64,000 bases of DNA from contig JAZDKU010000015.1 in assembly GCA_043802745.1 (NCBI GenBank), positions 1,358 to 65,357 of the forward strand, in the 5' to 3' direction. The stretch comes from a bacterium (GTDB lineage Bacteria; Patescibacteriota; Minisyncoccia; Minisyncoccales; CG1-02-41-26). Position numbers and translations under genes: made by a program. Below the pieces are notes generated by a model that saw only the letters and a list, made by a program, of their open reading frames with translations, was not told where the DNA came from and searched no databases. Each line of letters opens with the position of its first letter. The stretch's first letter is position 1. Below are positions 55,223 to 64,000 of this stretch, piece after piece.

Positions 55223-58200
55223 TTTAGGACCGAGGTGATGATAGAGATAAACGCTTTAGCAGTTAAAATAACAGCCAAGCCAATTATTGCCCAAGTAAGA
55301 ATTGTCTTGCCTTTAGTTGAGCGAGCTGGCTCCCCGGCGGCTGTTAACATATAAAACCCACCAAGCAAAATCATTAACGGCGCAATAACCAAAGCCAGAT
55401 AAAACAACCACTTTGCTAAAGAATTAATCAAGCACTCAAAGCTAGTGTGAGTTGTTATTGGGCAAAAAGCAATCTGCCCAATTGGCATACACTGCCCAGA
55501 AGCAGGCTCTGTTTTGTTTGAACACTCTAACGAGGCATTACATTGATCCTTAGGCGTTGCAGTATCCTTGCATGGACCACAAAACTCCATCTCCTTCGGC
55601 GCTGAATCACACTCATCTTTTTTTGCCGGAAGAACATCGCCATCAGCGGCTATGGCCACATTTGAGAAGTGGGTGGTTTGGGCAGTGAGGGTTTGGGTTG
55701 TTGGGTTCACAACAGTGTCTTTTAAAATTTCGTAGTTATTAGTAATGGCGCTGAAAAGAACAATGCGCAAGGCCTTTTCCTGCTCATCATTTAAACCCAA
55801 ACCGCTTTTGCTATATTTTGTAACAACTGTAATTTGCTTGGAAAAGTTATGAATTTCCTCGCCCTTGAGCGTCTTAATAGAAACATGAAACATAAAAGGG
55901 CCTAGCAAATTTGTATTGCTTGATGATTGCACCGAGAAAAACGGCGCTTTGTTAGCAAAATCAGGATCATTTTTTGGCATTGACTCTATGGCCACAGCCA
56001 CGTCTTCGGTAAAAGTGTTTGGGCTTATGATTAATTTTATACTCAAATTTGTTTTACTCATTTCCACTGTACCCCCTTCAGCTGGCTTTATAATCTTCCC
56101 GCTAGGAACCGGGGTGATCGGTGTAATTGGGATAACTGGAGTTGAACAATCTCCGGGCACAAATGTTTTCTTATTGCATTGAGCCATACATGCATTGGCA
56201 TAAACTACGCCATCACTCCCGCATACTTTGTCACTGCCCGAACAAGCAAACTCGCATTGAGCTTTATTAAAACAATTATTGCCAAAAACACCAAGAAATC
56301 CTTTGGTAAAAATACAATCCGGACCAAAAGCAAGGCATTCTTTTTCATCACAAACATTCAAAATTCCGTTTCCGCAATCCAAGCAAGTAGCTGTTGCACA
56401 TTTGCATTGGCCATCACTCCCGCACACTTGCTTCTGGCCACTCGCACACATGGGTGTACAATCTGCATCACTAGAACATTTATAAGGTAACACCGACCCC
56501 CCTTGGCACTCACATTGCTGTTTATAACATGTTGGATTCTTGCCCCCAGAGCAAGGAAAACTTGCACATTCTTTGTTTTGTTTGCAAGTAACAACATCTT
56601 TGGAGCTACTTAACAAATGAAAATTAGCGGATACATCATAAACATTGCTTCGAGAAGCCAACTTTATTTCAGCATCTTTATAGCCAGACGCCCCCCTAAC
56701 AACCGCTGTATAGCTATGCTCTGGAGAAAAGGTTAGAGCCGGTATAGTACATTTTCCTCGCGGGTCGCTGGTTACACAGCTTGCCACTTGACTGCCTTTG
56801 TCAAGAATAGAAACCGAAATTCCTGGCAAGTCCTCGCTAGTATAATTATCATCAACATGAACAAGAATTCTTTTTTGTAATGTATTATTTAAGCAAAAAC
56901 ATTCTTTTGGTTTTATGGTTGTGCCATAGATATCTTTTACTTCGCAAATTGGTGTTTGGTCTGCTTGGCAAGTTATTGTTTTAGTGCATTCTGAATCTTG
57001 AGAGCAAGTTAAATTTTTACAAAAACATTTTTTATCAGCGCCACAAGCTGGCTCTGTTATTTTTGTTTCATTGTTTGGACAGGTTGTGAGATAACCACAG
57101 TCATCTTTTGTGTTGCAGGGTTTGGCGCAAAAAACGCAATAATTACCGCCTTGCTTATCGCAAAAAGAATCACTTAAAAATTGATGCGAAACTTTATCAG
57201 CTTGGCCACAAACCGTGTCAAGACCGTCTTCTTTGGCGCAAAAACCGCCAAAAGTAGAGGACATATTAGGACAATTAATTAAACAAGCGCCATCATAACA
57301 ACCAGCTGGGCAAGCAGTTACCTTTGGCCAGCCATTACAATCATATTGCGCCACAGATGGTCCTTCTAATGAGGGAATATAAGAGAAAGAGGCATTAGTT
57401 ATACAATGGTCAATTATTGAGTTAAACCCGCCAGTAGCTAGCGCCGTTATATACCTTACCGCCCCCTTGGTATATTCATCTCCTCCATCAGTTCGCGAGC
57501 AATAAGGCGAGGGGCTCCCCTGCACTTTTGTCATTTTAGCCACTAATTTAACTGTGACATCACTATTATTTATTTCAAAGTCAGTAAAACATCCTCCAGG
57601 CTCATCCCAGCAAAACTGATAATCAATTATATAGGCTCGGTATTCTCCGTTTGGCAGTGAAAAAACGCATTTTTGAGGCGGGTTAATGGCAAAGCATTCT
57701 TGTTGAGGCAAGGCCTGGCTTTCGCCTTTTTTAACAATACCCACACGAACTCCCCAAGAATCATTCAAATCAATAGTTGCCTTAAATGCTGTTTGCGTGT
57801 TTTTATAAAGCGCTATTTGCACAGGAGCCATATTTAAAACAGCATCAAAATTTACTGTATTGTTTGTAAAAAATCCTTGAGCAGAAACTTGGGTAGAGTA
57901 ATTTTGCGTAGGAAAAGCTTCTGTATTATAGCCAAGGGGTATTAATTCATTAGTAAGGCAAGAGCCGTTTTGGTCAGTCACGCAAGAACCAACTTGCTTT
58001 TGCTGGCTGTCAAAAACTTTTATATTTGCTTGAGAAACTGCTTGGCCATTATCAGTTGTAATTTTAAAAGAAATTTTTTGCTCGGTGACAGCTGGAACAC
58101 AAGAGCAAGTGCGTTTTTGCTTATCGCACTTAGCAAGATAATCACTGCTTGCGCAACCATTAGTAGTGGCGCACTCTTGGTCATTGGCACAACCACCAGG

Positions 58201-59481
58201 AGAACATTTCCCGCCAACTATGTAAGAGCTAAAAAGACAGTGTGGGTCTATAGCAAAGCACTCATTTTTATCGCAAAGATTAAAAATTCCATTGCCACAG
58301 TCCGGACATTTTTTTATTTGCGCTAGAGCAGGCACCACATTAAAATATCCGTCGCTTATATCTTTGCCGGCCTGGCCACCAAACTGCGTTGTCTCGGTGA
58401 TGATAATTCTTAAATTGTCCGTTGGTTTCCAAATGCCGTTTGATGTAAAAAAATCGCTTTGTATTTCCCATGGGTAGGACATACTTGTGCCTCCTTGGTC
58501 TAGGGCGCCTTTTACTGGCTTATTGCTGTTTGTGGCTATAATTTTATAGGCCTGGGGAGATGTTTGGTCAACATAATCATAATTCCAAATGGCAATACTA
58601 ATTAAACTGTCAGGATTTTGAGTTTTCCATTTGATTTGATACAACTGACCTGCTTGCCAGCTTTCCCCGCCATTAGGAGATGAAACTGTAAGTCCAGCAG
58701 AAGGAACAAATTCCCCTCCCGAGCCTCCTCCTAGATTACCGCTAGGCAATGGCAGGCCACAAGCACTTTGTTTATAAATTAATGTATCAAAAGGCGGACA
58801 ATTGCCCGAACAACATTGGCTATGAGAGCTACAAAAAGTACCAAGCCCTAAGCATGGTTTACAAAAATAATTAACACAAACATTGGGCGAGCAACAATCA
58901 GAGCTAAGCACACAAGAATCATTGGCAACCTTGCAACCTGAAATTATGGGGTCTGGCTTGCAGATATTATCCTTTGGGTCGCAAATATATGGCGAGCAAC
59001 AATTATTTTTTATATCACCAGGGACACAGCCCTGACCAATATTAAAACATACCTTTGAATCTGGACATTGAGGTGGCACAGATGGCCCGCTATCAACACA
59101 CTTATTGCCACAACAATTTTTTGACGCGCATTGCGCGCTCTCTGTGCAATAATCCCCCAAAACAAACTCGCCTGGCTTGTTTTTAACGCAACGGTATTCG
59201 TTTGGAGTGCCGATGAAAAGGTATTCATAACCACAGCATGTATTAAACCCGTGTAAATAAGATTCCCCTGGAATAGTGTCACAACATTTTTTAATAGTAT
59301 TATCTCCGAAGACTAAACATCTATCTGATGTGTTGCAACAACTATTAGAGTCTAAACAAGCTTCTCCTTTTGCTACACAATTAGATTGAGCTTTAACAGT
59401 AAATCCGTGGGCTAAATAAAAAGCTGAACCTAAAAAAATTAGTCCAGCGATAATTAAAAACCATTTTTGTTTTTGCGCCAT
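55219..59481 (-). CDS. giant (1420 aa) secreted Cys-rich multidomain surface protein with Kazal-like domain and C-terminal two-helix membrane module
   Basis: Start taken at MAQKQKW (signal peptide; upstream extension runs through terminator hairpin); >120 Cys; CGSDGVVYANACMAQC Kazal signature; SSPNGGESWQAGQLYQIKW beta-sandwich motif; CarbopepD_reg-like ISFKITTDNGQAVSQANIKVFD; C-terminal LVIAPLMILLGGFYMLTAAGEPARSTKGKTILTWAIIGLAVILTAKAFISII. Confidence 0.7.
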   Translation of the reverse strand: MAQKQKWFLIIAGLIFLGSAFYLAHGFTVKAQSNCVAKGEACLDSNSCCNTSDRCLVFGDNTIKKCCDTIPGESYLHGFNTCCGYEYLFIGTPNEYRCVKNKPGEFVLGDYCTESAQCASKNCCGNKCVDSGPSVPPQCPDSKVCFNIGQGCVPGDIKNNCCSPYICDPKDNICKPDPIISGCKVANDSCVLSSDCCSPNVCVNYFCKPCLGLGTFCSSHSQCCSGNCPPFDTLIYKQSACGLPLPSGNLGGGSGGEFVPSAGLTVSSPNGGESWQAGQLYQIKWKTQNPDSLISIAIWNYDYVDQTSPQAYKIIATNSNKPVKGALDQGGTSMSYPWEIQSDFFTSNGIWKPTDNLRIIITETTQFGGQAGKDISDGYFNVVPALAQIKKCPDCGNGIFNLCDKNECFAIDPHCLFSSYIVGGKCSPGGCANDQECATTNGCASSDYLAKCDKQKRTCSCVPAVTEQKISFKITTDNGQAVSQANIKVFDSQQKQVGSCVTDQNGSCLTNELIPLGYNTEAFPTQNYSTQVSAQGFFTNNTVNFDAVLNMAPVQIALYKNTQTAFKATIDLNDSWGVRVGIVKKGESQALPQQECFAINPPQKCVFSLPNGEYRAYIIDYQFCWDEPGGCFTDFEINNSDVTVKLVAKMTKVQGSPSPYCSRTDGGDEYTKGAVRYITALATGGFNSIIDHCITNASFSYIPSLEGPSVAQYDCNGWPKVTACPAGCYDGACLINCPNMSSTFGGFCAKEDGLDTVCGQADKVSHQFLSDSFCDKQGGNYCVFCAKPCNTKDDCGYLTTCPNNETKITEPACGADKKCFCKNLTCSQDSECTKTITCQADQTPICEVKDIYGTTIKPKECFCLNNTLQKRILVHVDDNYTSEDLPGISVSILDKGSQVASCVTSDPRGKCTIPALTFSPEHSYTAVVRGASGYKDAEIKLASRSNVYDVSANFHLLSSSKDVVTCKQNKECASFPCSGGKNPTCYKQQCECQGGSVLPYKCSSDADCTPMCASGQKQVCGSDGQCKCATATCLDCGNGILNVCDEKECLAFGPDCIFTKGFLGVFGNNCFNKAQCEFACSGSDKVCGSDGVVYANACMAQCNKKTFVPGDCSTPVIPITPITPVPSGKIIKPAEGGTVEMSKTNLSIKLIISPNTFTEDVAVAIESMPKNDPDFANKAPFFSVQSSSNTNLLGPFMFHVSIKTLKGEEIHNFSKQITVVTKYSKSGLGLNDEQEKALRIVLFSAITNNYEILKDTVVNPTTQTLTAQTTHFSNVAIAADGDVLPAKKDECDSAPKEMEFCGPCKDTATPKDQCNASLECSNKTEPASGQCMPIGQIAFCPITTHTSFECLINSLAKWLFYLALVIAPLMILLGGFYMLTAAGEPARSTKGKTILTWAIIGLAVILTAKAFISIITSVLK

Positions 59482-59505
59482 ATTTTTTAAAAAATTATTC
59501 CCACA

Positions 59506-59555
59506 GACCCCACTCCTCCGCTCCGCCAACTGGCGGACGGCGGAGGGGTGGGGTC
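59506..59555 (-). terminator. GC-rich hairpin terminator after methyltransferase gene (gaccccactcctccgc ... gcggaggggtggggtc)
   Basis: 16-bp stem abutting stop codon; shares CCCCACYCCTC core with topA/metG in-frame element. Confidence 0.6.
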
Positions 59556-60084
59556 AAGTGCTGTTTATAAACAAAAGCCCGTAGTGATAACCGCTAGTTT
59601 CAATTTTTTTCTCCAAAACAAAATCTTGTTCTTCGGCAATCTCTTGAACGCGACCCGCAGAAACACGGCTTTCTTGCATGGGTCCAAAAGGCGATTCCAT
59701 ATCCCACTCAATTACTAAAACTTTTCCGCTTTGTTTTAAAACTCTTTTTGCTTCTTTAAAAACCGCGCTTTTGTCATCAATTTGAAATAAAAGATTTGTC
59801 ATTAGCACAATATCACAAGAATTATTTTCTATTTGCTTTATGCCTCTTTCAATATCAGCTAAAACTTTTTTAATATTATTTATGCCTTGCAGGTTCGCCT
59901 TGCTCATCAATGCTGACAATGCGTTTTCTTGCACATCAACAGCATAGACAACACCGTCTTCTAATTTGCTGGCCAAAGGAATCACCCATCCGCCCGAGCC
60001 ACAACCAAAATCAGCTGCTATCATATCTTTTTCAAGCGCTAATTGATTTAAAATTTCATTTGGATCTAAAAACCCTGTTGGCAT
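59554..60084 (-). CDS. class I SAM-dependent methyltransferase
   Basis: DFGCGSGGWVIPLA motif I. Confidence 0.75.
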   Translation of the reverse strand: MPTGFLDPNEILNQLALEKDMIAADFGCGSGGWVIPLASKLEDGVVYAVDVQENALSALMSKANLQGINNIKKVLADIERGIKQIENNSCDIVLMTNLLFQIDDKSAVFKEAKRVLKQSGKVLVIEWDMESPFGPMQESRVSAGRVQEIAEEQDFVLEKKIETSGYHYGLLFINST

Positions 60085-60086
60085 AA

Positions 60087-62570
60087 TTATTCTTCTTCTT
60101 TTTCATCGTTTAGGCAGATGGCCGAGGCAACTTTGTCGCCTGATTTTAATTTCATTATTCTCACCCCAGAGGAAGCCCGACCAATAACGGAAATGGTTTT
60201 TATCTCGCTCTTAATTACTTGGCCCTTAGTTGAAATAACAATTAAGTCAGCATCTTCTTCAGATAAAACTTTTGAAAAAACAATGTTTCCATTTTTTTCT
60301 GTTATTTTAGCGGCCTTTATGCCCGAGCCACCTCTTTTTTGCAATCTATATTCTTCAAGTTTTGTTCTCTTGCCATAACCGTTTTCAGTAATTATTAAAA
60401 GATGGTTTTTCCCATCAATTTTTGGCTTTATATCGTCCATAACAATAATTTCGTCGTTCTTACCAAGCCTCATGCCATGCACCCCAGAGGAGCCCCTGCC
60501 CATTGGCCGAACATCCGCATTTTTAAATCTAATTGATTGACCCAATTTAGAAATCATTATTATCTCGTCATTTTTATCAATAATCTTAGCGGATTTTAAA
60601 GAATCGCCTGGCTGTAATTTAATAGCCAAAAGCCCATTCTTTCTTACATTTTTAAAAGCAGACAACTCTGTCTTTTTTATTATACCATTTTTTGTAGCCA
60701 TTACTAAAAACTTTCCCGTGTCCACCTCATCTTGCTTGCTATATGGAATAAGGCTTAAAATTTTCTCATTTTGCGATATTTCCAAAAAGTTTAAAAGCCC
60801 CCTGCCTTTTGTAGCCCGACCCATTTCTGGAATTTCCCAAACAAAACACTGGAAAACCTTCCCAGAATCGGAAAAAAATAAAAGCTTGTCTAGGGTATTG
60901 CCGGTGGTAAGGTGGTCAACAGTGTCTTCGTCAGACACGTCAATGCCAGTAACCCCTTGCCCGCCTCGTTTCTGAATTTTATAAACAGACGGCTTAAACC
61001 GTTTTATAAACCCCCCTTGGGTTAAAATAATAATCGCCTCCTCTTTGGGAATTAAATCCTCGTCGCCAATCTCGCCCAACTTGCCTGCCACAACTTTTGT
61101 TCTTCTTGCGTCTTGGTGCTTTTCTAGAACTTCTTTTAACTCTTTTTTAACAACTTCTTTTAATTTTTTTGGGTTTTCTAAAATAACTAAAAGCTCTTTT
61201 ATTTTTTCTTCAATAGCTTTTAGCTCTTGCTCAACTTTATCTCTTTCAAGCTTGGCTAAACTTTGCAAACGCATTTCCAAAATAGCGGTTGCTTGAATGG
61301 CTGACAATTTAAATTTTTTTTGTAAATTTATATGAGCTGCATCTTTACTTTCTGACTGCCTGATTGTTTTTATAACCTCATCAATGTTTTTTAAGGCAAT
61401 CATCAAACCCTCTAAAATATGGGCTCTTTCCTTGGCTTTAGCTAAGTCAAACTTTGTGCGCCTAATAACCACTTCTTGCTTGTGCTTTAGGTAAAAAGAC
61501 AAAACATCAGCCAATGATAAAACTCTTGGCTGAATCCCATCCACCAAAGCCAGCATATTTAAATGAAATGTTTTTTGCAGGTCAGTGTATTTATATAAAG
61601 CATTCAAAACTTTATTAGGAAAAGCTTCTTTTTTTAAATCAATAACAATGCGCATGCCTTCTCGGTCAGACTCGTCTCTGATGTCTTTAACTCCGTCTAT
61701 TCTTTTATCTTCAACCAACTTAGCAAACTGGATGACCAGAGAAGATTTTTGCACTTGATAAGGAATCTCGGTGATAACAATTTGTGAAGCGCCTTTTTTA
61801 TTCTCAATAATTTCCGCCTTGCCTCGCGTTAAAATTGGCCCCTTACCTTGAGAGTAAGCGGAAATAATTTCTTTTTTACTATAAATAATTCCACCAGTTG
61901 GAAAATCAGGGCCTTTAACAAATTGAAATAAATCTTCAGTTGTGGCCTCTGGATTATCAACTAAATGAATTGTGGCCTCCAAAACTTCTCCGGCATTGTG
62001 GGGCGGAATACTCGTGGCCATGCCAACCGCAATTCCAAAAGAACCGTTTAATAAAAGTTGAGGCACAGGAGATGGCAAAACAGCTGGCTCTTTTCTGGTG
62101 GCATCGTAGTTTGAAACAAAATTAACTGTTTCTTTTTCAATATCATTTAGCATTTCCTCTCCCGCCGAAGAAAGCTTACACTCTGTGTATCGCATGGCAG
62201 CCGCTCCATCACCATCAATACTGCCCCAATTCCCTTGGCCTTTAACTAATGTATAGCGCAAAGAAAAATCTTGGGCCATTCTTACTAAAGAATCATACAC
62301 TGCCACATCCCCATGCGGGTGGTATTTTCCCAAAACTTCTCCCACAACCGTGGCCGACTTTCTAAATTTTGCCGTGGACCGTAAACCCATATCGTACATA
62401 GCAAACAAAATCCTTCGGTGAACCGGTTTTAAGCCGTCCCGCACATCGGGCAAAGCCCGGGAAACAATAACCGACATTGCATAATCCAAATAGCAATTTT
62501 TTATTTCTTCGGTAATTTCTCGGTCTTTGATATATCCAATTTCTTGCAATGGTTGTTCTTTTTCTGGCAT
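60087..62570 (-). CDS. gyrA: DNA gyrase subunit A
   Basis: [33 protein letters not shown], active-site Tyr region, C-terminal beta-pinwheel repeats. Confidence 0.95.
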   Translation of the reverse strand: MPEKEQPLQEIGYIKDREITEEIKNCYLDYAMSVIVSRALPDVRDGLKPVHRRILFAMYDMGLRSTAKFRKSATVVGEVLGKYHPHGDVAVYDSLVRMAQDFSLRYTLVKGQGNWGSIDGDGAAAMRYTECKLSSAGEEMLNDIEKETVNFVSNYDATRKEPAVLPSPVPQLLLNGSFGIAVGMATSIPPHNAGEVLEATIHLVDNPEATTEDLFQFVKGPDFPTGGIIYSKKEIISAYSQGKGPILTRGKAEIIENKKGASQIVITEIPYQVQKSSLVIQFAKLVEDKRIDGVKDIRDESDREGMRIVIDLKKEAFPNKVLNALYKYTDLQKTFHLNMLALVDGIQPRVLSLADVLSFYLKHKQEVVIRRTKFDLAKAKERAHILEGLMIALKNIDEVIKTIRQSESKDAAHINLQKKFKLSAIQATAILEMRLQSLAKLERDKVEQELKAIEEKIKELLVILENPKKLKEVVKKELKEVLEKHQDARRTKVVAGKLGEIGDEDLIPKEEAIIILTQGGFIKRFKPSVYKIQKRGGQGVTGIDVSDEDTVDHLTTGNTLDKLLFFSDSGKVFQCFVWEIPEMGRATKGRGLLNFLEISQNEKILSLIPYSKQDEVDTGKFLVMATKNGIIKKTELSAFKNVRKNGLLAIKLQPGDSLKSAKIIDKNDEIIMISKLGQSIRFKNADVRPMGRGSSGVHGMRLGKNDEIIVMDDIKPKIDGKNHLLIITENGYGKRTKLEEYRLQKRGGSGIKAAKITEKNGNIVFSKVLSEEDADLIVISTKGQVIKSEIKTISVIGRASSGVRIMKLKSGDKVASAICLNDEKEEE

Positions 62571-62594
62571 GAATTAAAAGTTTATAGTTTATAG

Positions 62595-62891
62595 TTAGTA
62601 GTTAATAGTAGACGAAGCAGTAGAAGTTGAAATTGTCTCGTCTAAAGTGGTTGTGCCAACTAGGCTTTCTATCATTTGGGTTATTTCTTGATTTGTTTGG
62701 TCAGTTATTTGCGTTGCCTCTTTGGCTTTATCAATAGCGCCCAAAGTATTTAGCCCCAAACCAACGTCAATGCCCTGACTAGCAAACTTATCCATTCTTG
62801 CTCTGGCATTATGACCAATAATAAAAGCCAACGGCACAGCAATTGCCATCAAAACCACCCCTGTTAAAATTATTTTCCAAATTTTTTCCAT
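62595..62891 (-). CDS. hypothetical small membrane-anchored protein
   Basis: 98 aa, N-terminal TM ILTGVVLMAIAVPLAFIIG. Confidence 0.4.
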   Translation of the reverse strand: MEKIWKIILTGVVLMAIAVPLAFIIGHNARARMDKFASQGIDVGLGLNTLGAIDKAKEATQITDQTNQEITQMIESLVGTTTLDETISTSTASSTINY

Positions 62892-62893
62892 AA

Positions 62894-63556
62894 TTACGGA
62901 GCAAGTAAAATAATCTTCATTTCGTCGTCTTCGCTTGGTAGGTCTTTTTGGGTTATTTTTGCTTTTGGCAAAGGCTCGATGGCTTCACTGCCCATTTCTT
63001 TTAAAAATTTAGAAACATCATCTAACTCAACTTTTAGGCCCGGTATTTTATAATGCATTGGAATAACAATGCCTGGCTCTATTTGAGCAATAATTTCAGT
63101 GGCGTCTTTAGCATTAATAGTGTAAGTGCCACCAACCGGAATTATTAAAATATCAACATTGCCCAAATCCTCAACCTGCTGACTTGTTAATTCTTTCTGC
63201 CCCAAGTCGCTTAAAAATCCAATCTTCATTCCTTCTGCCATAATAGTGAACATTATCACCGACCCCCTTTCTTTGCCATTAGCGTTGTCGTGAAAAGCGG
63301 GAATAGCTTTGATAAAAGCATCTTTTATTTCATATTCTCCAGGAGTGTCAACAACAAAAGGACTTCCTCCCACAGCCCTGTGGTTTGAGTGATCTTTGTG
63401 GCCGTGACTGATCAAAACAACATCCCCCTCGGTTTTAGGAAATTTTAAGCCAATAAAGTCTGCTTCAAAGGGGTCAATAATAACTTTGGTTTCCCCGTCT
63501 TTACGGTTTTTAACTATAATTTCAAAAAAAGATTGTCCGTGCCAAGTAATATTCAT
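62894..63556 (-). CDS. MBL-fold metallo-hydrolase
   Basis: VLISHGHKDHSNH (HxHxDH) motif. Confidence 0.8.
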   Translation of the reverse strand: MNITWHGQSFFEIIVKNRKDGETKVIIDPFEADFIGLKFPKTEGDVVLISHGHKDHSNHRAVGGSPFVVDTPGEYEIKDAFIKAIPAFHDNANGKERGSVIMFTIMAEGMKIGFLSDLGQKELTSQQVEDLGNVDILIIPVGGTYTINAKDATEIIAQIEPGIVIPMHYKIPGLKVELDDVSKFLKEMGSEAIEPLPKAKITQKDLPSEDDEMKIILLAP

Positions 63557-63667
63557 AAATTATTTATTTATATTATCAAAATACAATCACTCTTGCAACA
63601 ATGTAAGTTTTCGGGTATATTAAACAAGACGCGAAAGCGTTTCGGAAAAAGAATAGTTAATTATTTA

Positions 63668-64000
63668 TGATAGCGAAAACAATAAAAAAGATAAAAACAG
63701 AAATTATCTGCCCGCCAAAAGTAGGGGAAATTGTTGATGGCACAATTATCAACCGAGCCAAAAGCGCCCTATATGTCGACTTAGGCTCAAAAGGAATCGG
63801 CGTTATTTATGGTAAAGAGTTTTTTGACTCAAAGGCAGCTTTAAAAAACTTAAAACCAGGCGACGCAATTTCCACCAAGTTGATTGGCCTGGAAACAGAA
63901 GATGGCCTAAGAGAACTCTCAATGGTAGGAGCCAACCAAGAAATGGCTTGGAAAGAATTAGAAGAAGCAAAAGAAAAGCAAAGTATTTTTGAGGCAACCA
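63668..64000 (+). CDS. rpsA: 30S ribosomal protein S1 (N-terminal part; continues past window end)
   Basis: MIAKTIKKIKTEIICPPKVGEIVDGTIINRAKSALYVDLGSKGIGVIYGKEF.. S1-domain pattern; not in ORF track (no stop). Confidence 0.55.

Overview
The window is an AT-rich, gene-dense bacterial chromosome segment read in the standard genetic code (no in-frame TGA in conserved genes). About 64 protein genes are mostly on the minus strand, and many overlap by 4-25 nt. Content is mainly housekeeping: GroES/GroEL, UvrA, DprA, TopA, Rel/SpoT, GyrA, LeuS, MetG, GlyRS, IleS, ArgS, RecO, SmpB, IF3-L35-L20, RsmI, RlmE, PrmC, TatD and HtpX, plus two tRNAs (Ser-GGA, Leu-CAA) and a probable tmRNA next to smpB. The gene set, small proteins, eukaryote-like GSII and GlyRS, and many Cys-rich surface proteins resemble a reduced-genome Patescibacteria/CPR-like organism; this is inference. 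Three things stand out. (1) 51.8-59.5 kb holds five consecutive minus-strand genes for secreted or membrane-anchored proteins. Two of them carry a conserved C-terminal two-helix hydrophobic module: a 1420-aa protein with a Kazal-like domain and a 166-aa paralogue. A CapA-family metallophosphatase lies among them. (2) Two families of short non-autonomous repeats sit in frame inside essential genes. GC-rich palindromes are found in topA, metG and ileS. AT-rich tandem heptamers, 3-6 units, are found in leuS, tatD, metG, ileS, argS, uvrA and recO, and also intergenically. Several copies are identical between unrelated genes. (3) The RNA and regulatory architecture includes a tmRNA with predicted tag ...YEPAYALA. 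A 15-bp perfect long-range inverted repeat joins the tmRNA 3' end to the infC leader. htpX and rsmI share an identical 44-nt 5' leader. A GC-rich structured element of unknown identity lies in a 400-nt convergent intergenic gap. No CRISPR array, rRNA, transposase or integrase was detected. Minus-strand CDS coordinates come from the supplied ORF track; I shortened the N-terminus where the ORF ran through a terminator hairpin or a tRNA.
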